From: Christensenella sp. UBA7703
GTDB lineage: Bacteria > Bacillota > Clostridia > Christensenellales > CAG-138
Assembly (NCBI GenBank): GCA_002482505.1
Contig: DLGD01000021.1
Coordinates: 27,085-91,084, forward strand
Direction: 5' to 3'
DNA: 64,000 bases
Made by a program: the position numbers and the translations under genes. This document shows, one piece after another, positions 59,131-64,000 of the stretch. A model generated the notes under the pieces. That model was not told the origin of the DNA and ran no database searches. It saw only the letters and a list, made by a program, of their open reading frames with translations. The stretch's first letter is position 1; every line of letters begins with the position of its first letter.

Positions 59131-59772
59131 TTAAGCCTTCATCGCATGAACAACGCTTCCTACAAATGCAGCGTCCTGCTCCATCACCTCGACCAAAGCA
59201 CGATTGTAGATTCCGCTTGCGGGATGATAGAGAGGGATCAGCGAGAACGAAACACCTTCCATCAAGAGAGTGTGTATTTTCCCATGCGCGCTTCCAATGA
59301 CGGGCGGTTTCTCCCCCGCAAGGGCGAACACGGCTTTGAGCGGCGTGTTGCCGAGCGTGAGGATCAGCTTCGGCGAAAGATGCAGCAGCTCCGTTTTCAA
59401 GAGCGGCAGGGATGCCGTCACCTCTGCAGGTTGCGGCGTGCGGTTTCGGGTGCTCTTTTCGGAGCGTACAACCGGACGATACTTGACGACGTTGGTGATG
59501 AACGCATCCTCGCGCATTACGCCAAAGCGGCAGAAGAGCGCATCAAGCTGCTTGCCCGCCTTGCCGACAAACGGATGGCCAAGCTTTGTTTCCTCTGCGC
59601 CCGGCGCTTCGCCGATCAACAAGATCTGTGCGCCCGGCTTCCCTTCGCCGAAGACCGGCTTGCGGTATTCCCCCTGCGGCTCATCTTTTGCCGCGAGAGA
59701 AAACAGCCTTGTCCGCTCTTTTGTATACGCTTCTTCCAGCGCGCATTTCCCCGGTACTTCACCCATCGTCAT
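59131..59772 (-). CDS. Uracil-DNA glycosylase, family 4
   Basis: GEAPGAEE motif and HPS-type C-terminal motif (LYHPASG). Confidence 0.85.
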   Translation of the reverse strand: MTMGEVPGKCALEEAYTKERTRLFSLAAKDEPQGEYRKPVFGEGKPGAQILLIGEAPGAEETKLGHPFVGKAGKQLDALFCRFGVMREDAFITNVVKYRPVVRSEKSTRNRTPQPAEVTASLPLLKTELLHLSPKLILTLGNTPLKAVFALAGEKPPVIGSAHGKIHTLLMEGVSFSLIPLYHPASGIYNRALVEVMEQDAAFVGSVVHAMKA

Positions 59773-59778
59773 TGCGCG

Positions 59779-62499
59779 TCAACCTCCGTTGCCGTTCTGC
59801 GTCTGCTGTGCCATAAAGTTTTGTAGCGCCGCAAAGTCGGTGTTGAGCTTTTGATACAGCGGCTCAATCTCCGAGTACTGGTATCCACTCAATGCGACTT
59901 GAAGGTTTGCAATGTCGTCCTTGAGCGCGTTGCTCATCTCTGTCGGAACATTCTTTGCACTCCCGAGATAATCCGTCACCTGCTGGACCAGGTCCTGAGA
60001 TTGCGTCTTGAGCGCAAAGATGGAGAGCGAACCATCCGCATGCACCGTGCAGGTCTTCATGCTGTCGATGAATTCATCCGTCGTCAGTTCCGTTCGAACC
60101 GCGGTTGGCAAAGCTTTGAGCAGATACTCATCGTCAAACAGATACAGCGGATTATCCGGACGAATGAGGATATAGCTCACCTGCTGTACGGAATCCGGCG
60201 GGCAGAATTCGGTCGCCAGCGCACCTTCCGCCGTGCAGATGCTCAGTGTCACGTGCATATCGCAATACTCCGTCGGTGCTTTGTCAGAAAGATACCATTC
60301 CGTCACCGGCTTGTGTTCTTCATCATTCTTGCAGGCGTCCGTCGCAAGCAGGCCGGAGACCGGGCAGATCGTTCTCTTGACAAGGCCCAGCGAGGTCGGG
60401 TCAGCGTCGATAATCGGCTTGTCAGTCAGCCCTTCGTGAATCTTCGCCATATATGCCTGCCAGAGCGGGGCCGCTTCGTTTCCGCCGGAAGAGCCTTTCT
60501 TTAGCTTGTTCGCCGGATAATCGTGCCCAACCCAGAGGGTGGAGACATAGTACGGCGTCATGCCGGCAAAGTAAACGCTCGCGTAGTCCGAGTTGGTGCC
60601 CGTTTTTCCGGCAACCGTTATATCGTCGATCTTCGCCTTGGTACCCGTTCCGGTCTTCACCGCATCGGTCATCATGTCCACGAGGAGCCAAGCCGTGCTC
60701 TGTTGGAAGACGCGGCGGGTGTCCCGCACTTCGTCTGCATCGAGAACGACGTTGCCCTGTGCATCTAGCACTTTGGTAAACGAGAGCGGCTCTTGATACA
60801 CGCCTTCGTTTGCGATGGTTGCATATGCTGCCGCCATCTGAATCGGGGTCAGGCCGGATGTGCCAAGCGCGAGGCCTGCACCGTCGACATTGATCTTATT
60901 CTCCGTTGCGCCAAGCTGATAGAGATATTGCGCCGCAATAGCGGGCGTCACGTCGTCCATCAGGATGTGCGCCGCCGGTACGTTGAGCGAGCTCACGATG
61001 GCGCGACGGAACGTCACCGGTCCATAGCGCGAATCCAGTCCGCCGGACGGGTAGCCTTTCTCGGTATTCCATCCGGGGATCGGGCCGTCCATGTTATACG
61101 TGATGCTGCCCGGAGAATAACCGAGGTCGAGCGCCGGGCCATAGACCGCAAGCGGCTTGATCGACGAACCCACCTCCGTGTAACTCTGGGACGCGCGGTT
61201 GAGCCCTTTTCGCACTGTCGGCTCGTTTCTGCCGCCGATGATGGCCCTTAGTTCGCCCGTGTGATAGTCCATAATAACGGCAGCTGCCTGCGGTTCAACC
61301 GTCTCAATGACGGTGCCGTCCTCTTTCGTTTCAACCATCAGGGATTTCGACGTATCCGCGAGCGAGGGATAATTCTCCCATCCGCTGATCGTATCCTGCA
61401 CGGTCTTTTGAATCGTTGGATCGACGGTGGTATAGATTTGGTAGCCGCTTGTGCGCAGTTCGTTCTCTACCGCGTTGCGGTTTGCGGTGGTGTTGCTCAA
61501 CCCGCGCTTTTCAAGAAGGTGTGTCACCACGTCGCTGATTGCATACTCAACAAAATAAGCCATGTCATACATCTGCTTTTGTTCGCTGACTTCGATGATA
61601 TGCACCTGTTCGGTCAACGCTGTATTATACTGTTCCTTTGTGATGAAGCCCGCCTGATACATTCTGGAGAGCACCTGATTGGTACGCTCGTCGGTGACTT
61701 CCATCTTGTCGCGCTGGTACATGTTTCTGCGCGGGTCATAGCGATATGGAGCCTGTGTCAAGCCGGCCAGCATCGCGCATTCACGGACGGTCAGTTCGGA
61801 GAGTTCCTTGCCGAAATAATCCTTCGCGCCGCTCTTAACGCCATAGTTGCTCTCGCCGAGGTCAACGTCGTTGAGGTATGCCTCGAGGATCGTGTCCTTG
61901 TCGACCATCGTTTCAAGTTCCAGCGCGAGATACGCTTCCTGAATCTTGCGTTTATAGTTTCTCTGTGCGCCAAGCACTTTGTTTTTAATGAGTTGCTGGG
62001 TAATCGTACTGCCGCCGGAGGAGTTGCTGTTGCCGAGGATCTCCAGCGCAGCGGAAAACAGGCGTTTAAAGTCCACGCCGCTGTGCTTGTAAAAGCGCAC
62101 GTCCTCCACGGAGATAAACGCGTTTTTCAGCATGTCCGGGATATTCTCAATATCCACCCAATCGCGGTATTCCACATCCGCAATCGAGCTGATGAGGTTG
62201 CCGTTCATGTCATAGAGATAGCTGGTATAATCCGAAATCGTGAGCTGCGCAACATCCAGCGTCGGCGTTGTCTCCACGTATGCCTTCACCACGCCAAGCA
62301 AAAGCCCCATACCGATGAAGCATACGACAATAAACGCCAGCACCGTCATTTTCAGCGAAGTAAATACAACGCCGAGTAAAAACGAATGCGGCTTTTTTCG
62401 CTCGGTAAAGAGCGGTTGATTTTCTTCCGGACTGTGATTTGTTTTTGCGGTGTCGTTCCCCTGCTGCTCCAGCCGGAAGAACGGATTGCTGTTTGTCAT
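59779..62499 (-). CDS. Class A penicillin-binding protein (transglycosylase/transpeptidase, PBP1A type) with a Cys-containing C-terminal extension
   Basis: GT51 motif SVEDVRFYKHSGVD. SxxK motif (GSSIKP). KTGT motif. ATG 62499 follows AAGGTGA. Confidence 0.9.
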   Translation of the reverse strand: MTNSNPFFRLEQQGNDTAKTNHSPEENQPLFTERKKPHSFLLGVVFTSLKMTVLAFIVVCFIGMGLLLGVVKAYVETTPTLDVAQLTISDYTSYLYDMNGNLISSIADVEYRDWVDIENIPDMLKNAFISVEDVRFYKHSGVDFKRLFSAALEILGNSNSSGGSTITQQLIKNKVLGAQRNYKRKIQEAYLALELETMVDKDTILEAYLNDVDLGESNYGVKSGAKDYFGKELSELTVRECAMLAGLTQAPYRYDPRRNMYQRDKMEVTDERTNQVLSRMYQAGFITKEQYNTALTEQVHIIEVSEQKQMYDMAYFVEYAISDVVTHLLEKRGLSNTTANRNAVENELRTSGYQIYTTVDPTIQKTVQDTISGWENYPSLADTSKSLMVETKEDGTVIETVEPQAAAVIMDYHTGELRAIIGGRNEPTVRKGLNRASQSYTEVGSSIKPLAVYGPALDLGYSPGSITYNMDGPIPGWNTEKGYPSGGLDSRYGPVTFRRAIVSSLNVPAAHILMDDVTPAIAAQYLYQLGATENKINVDGAGLALGTSGLTPIQMAAAYATIANEGVYQEPLSFTKVLDAQGNVVLDADEVRDTRRVFQQSTAWLLVDMMTDAVKTGTGTKAKIDDITVAGKTGTNSDYASVYFAGMTPYYVSTLWVGHDYPANKLKKGSSGGNEAAPLWQAYMAKIHEGLTDKPIIDADPTSLGLVKRTICPVSGLLATDACKNDEEHKPVTEWYLSDKAPTEYCDMHVTLSICTAEGALATEFCPPDSVQQVSYILIRPDNPLYLFDDEYLLKALPTAVRTELTTDEFIDSMKTCTVHADGSLSIFALKTQSQDLVQQVTDYLGSAKNVPTEMSNALKDDIANLQVALSGYQYSEIEPLYQKLNTDFAALQNFMAQQTQNGNGG

Positions 62500-62729
62500 C
62501 CGATCATTCACCTTAAAAGAATTCGTGGCTATTATAGCATAGCCCGCCAACGGCATGCATGAAAGCCGCAAAAAGTTCATACTTTCCGCCATTTTCGATG
62601 CATAAGTGGGAATTTATCCTCCGCAAAGACGTAAAATCAGTTTTGATTGTGTATATGAGTCCGCCGTGCAGCACCGTATGCAGAACCATTCAGCCCGAAA
62701 AAACAATCTCAAAATCGAGAAATTTTGTC

Positions 62730-62758
62730 TTTACAAACTTGCGGCTTTCTACTATAAT
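62730..62758 (+). promoter_or_regulatory. Sigma-A-like promoter (TTTACA-17 nt-TATAAT) for tRNA-Ala
   Basis: Read directly from the sequence. The -10 box ends 13 nt before the tRNA 5' end. Confidence 0.6.
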
Positions 62759-62771
62759 AGCACTTGCGTCT

Positions 62772-62848
62772 GGGGCTTTAGCGAAGTTGGCTATCGCGCT
62801 ACACTGGCAGTGTAGAGATCACCGGTTCGAATCCGGTAAGCTCCACCA
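62772..62848 (+). tRNA. trnA: tRNA-Ala (anticodon GGC), CCA end encoded
   Basis: Manual cloverleaf: acceptor GGGGCTT/AAGCTCC with the G3:U70 Ala identity pair, anticodon loop CTGGCAG, T-loop TTCGAAT. Confidence 0.9.
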
Positions 62849-62857
62849 AACGAGAAA

Positions 62858-62882
62858 AACGTCCCAACCGGGGCGTTTTTTG
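62858..62882. terminator. Terminator after tRNA-Ala; also downstream of the convergent gene
   Basis: Stem AACGTCCC / GGGGCGTT with loop AACC, followed by a T-run. Confidence 0.7.
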
Positions 62883-62906
62883 TTATGTCTAATTCATGTA
62901 TTCTCT

Positions 62907-63371
62907 TTATTCCAGTGGCTTTAGCCCGTCATACAACTCATTAAAGCTCTTCATCGTCTGGCATCTGCCGAAAGATAGGTTCTTGTTTTCGCCAAATGCG
63001 CCTAGATAGCATTTCGTCAACTCTTCAACCGTCTGCTCCAGCATCATCATAAACTGCGTATAGATCACGTCACGCGCTGGTGTCTCCTGCGGATAGTGCG
63101 CGTCAATCAATCCTTCCGTCAATTGATCCAGCGGATAGAGTTTGAGATGCAGTAGTTCATGAACGATGACTTCCTCAAGATTCTCCTGTTTTGGATTGCA
63201 TGCGTTGAGTAGCAGGATCGCCTTTCGGTCGTCGCAATCGATCTTGAAATCCCCGGTCTTTTTGAATGAAGGGTCGCTTACAAGCTCCAGTCGAATATCC
63301 CATTGGTTTTTCAAGCGGAGCGTGTCAATCCATCGATCAAACAGACTCTGTAGTTTCTCTTGCGGTAGCAT
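62907..63371 (-). CDS. Hypothetical protein with an HExxH motif (possible zinc metallopeptidase); visibly lower GC than its surroundings
   Basis: 154 aa. The motif EEVIVHELLHLKLYP is the only recognisable feature. Confidence 0.55.
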   Translation of the reverse strand: MLPQEKLQSLFDRWIDTLRLKNQWDIRLELVSDPSFKKTGDFKIDCDDRKAILLLNACNPKQENLEEVIVHELLHLKLYPLDQLTEGLIDAHYPQETPARDVIYTQFMMMLEQTVEELTKCYLGAFGENKNLSFGRCQTMKSFNELYDGLKPLE

Positions 63372-63442
63372 ACTTCTTCCCCTAATCGACTAAAACGCAC
63401 ACTTCCAGCTGGATTCCGTTGCACTGTTGTGCAGGAAATGTG

Positions 63443-64000
63443 CTAAGCCTTCTTTTTCGAATCGCGAAGTGAAAGCCACCTTGCCCGCCGATGCATCGCA
63501 AGCAGCGCGCGCGAGCGCAGCGTAATTTCGCTGAGTTCTTCTCCGCGAACAAGCACATAGAGTTGGCAGCCGACCTTGACCAGCACCTTGTCAAACAGAG
63601 GTGTGCCCTCTTGTTCATCAAAAAACGCCTGCACCCGGAGCAGGTCGGTTCGTTCCAAGCCGGTTGTTTCGCTGAAGATATAGAGCCAGTTTTCGCGGCA
63701 GAGACGGTATTCTTTGAGCGCCTTGGTCTTGTCTTCTATGCGCTCAATGATGCGGCCGATGTGCATCTCCTTGACATCCCGCGGGAGTTCAAAGAGGCCT
63801 TCCCCCTCGCCGTCCTCCGCACCGTTGGCGATTGCGTCATCACAGTCACAATCCGAAAGAATGCTTTGCTCGACCGCCTCGCCGGGCATCTCGTCGCCAA
63901 AGTGGCGGTTCATGTCCGCCTCCTGCTGCGCCCATTCTTCGATGGCGGCGCGGGTGACCTCTATGCCGAGTTCGCCGTGCTTACTGATGAAGTCCGGGCG
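63443..64000 (-). CDS. Hypothetical protein; 5' end probably outside the window
   Basis: The frame of tracked ORF 63443..63913 stays open upstream to base 64000 (RPDFISKHGELGIEVTRAAIEEWAQQEAD-M...). No family recognised. Confidence 0.5.
   Translation of the reverse strand, partial: RPDFISKHGELGIEVTRAAIEEWAQQEADMNRHFGDEMPGEAVEQSILSDCDCDDAIANGAEDGEGEGLFELPRDVKEMHIGRIIERIEDKTKALKEYRLCRENWLYIFSETTGLERTDLLRVQAFFDEQEGTPLFDKVLVKVGCQLYVLVRGEELSEITLRSRALLAMHRRARWLSLRDSKKKA

Noticed and set aside
62849-64000. Calling a mobile element or prophage at tRNA-Ala
   Set aside because: No integrase, no att duplication (only an 8-nt chance match, AAGCTCCA, near 63280) and no phage hallmark gene is visible. 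It is kept only as a hypothesis in the findings.

Overview
A visibly GC-rich chromosomal segment from a Firmicutes/Clostridia-type genome. The taxon is inferred from PolC-type DNA polymerase III, RNase Y, a SpoVB-like flippase, a YabN/MazG fusion, and the conserved minus-strand block rpsB-tsf-pyrH-frr-uppS-cdsA-dxr-rseP-ispG-polC. Most of the window is ordinary housekeeping DNA. This includes a folate/one-carbon cluster with a THF riboswitch, xpt-guaA, HU, an iscR-nifS-nifU operon, tyrS, two tandem OmpR/HisKA two-component pairs, a class A PBP, tRNA-Trp and tRNA-Ala. I found no CRISPR array, transposase, integrase or recognisable defence system. The items worth a second look are listed here:

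- A THF-riboswitch-controlled FolT-FolC fusion ORF.
- A TetR-linked four-gene flavoenzyme operon ending in an alkyl-DHAP-synthase-like protein.
- An MBOAT-DHHW-RCC1/TPR envelope-acylation operon.
- A truncated CDP-alcohol phosphatidyltransferase gene fused to a low-GC remnant, with an untracked 55-codon ORF, next to the guaA 3' end.
- An SPFH protein ending in a duplicated zinc ribbon whose two copies differ almost only at synonymous sites.
- A 17-bp direct duplication plus an inverted 11-mer of the tRNA-Trp 3' end.
- Lower-GC genes after tRNA-Ala at the window edge.

All calls rest on reading the sequence and the ORF translations. No database search was run.
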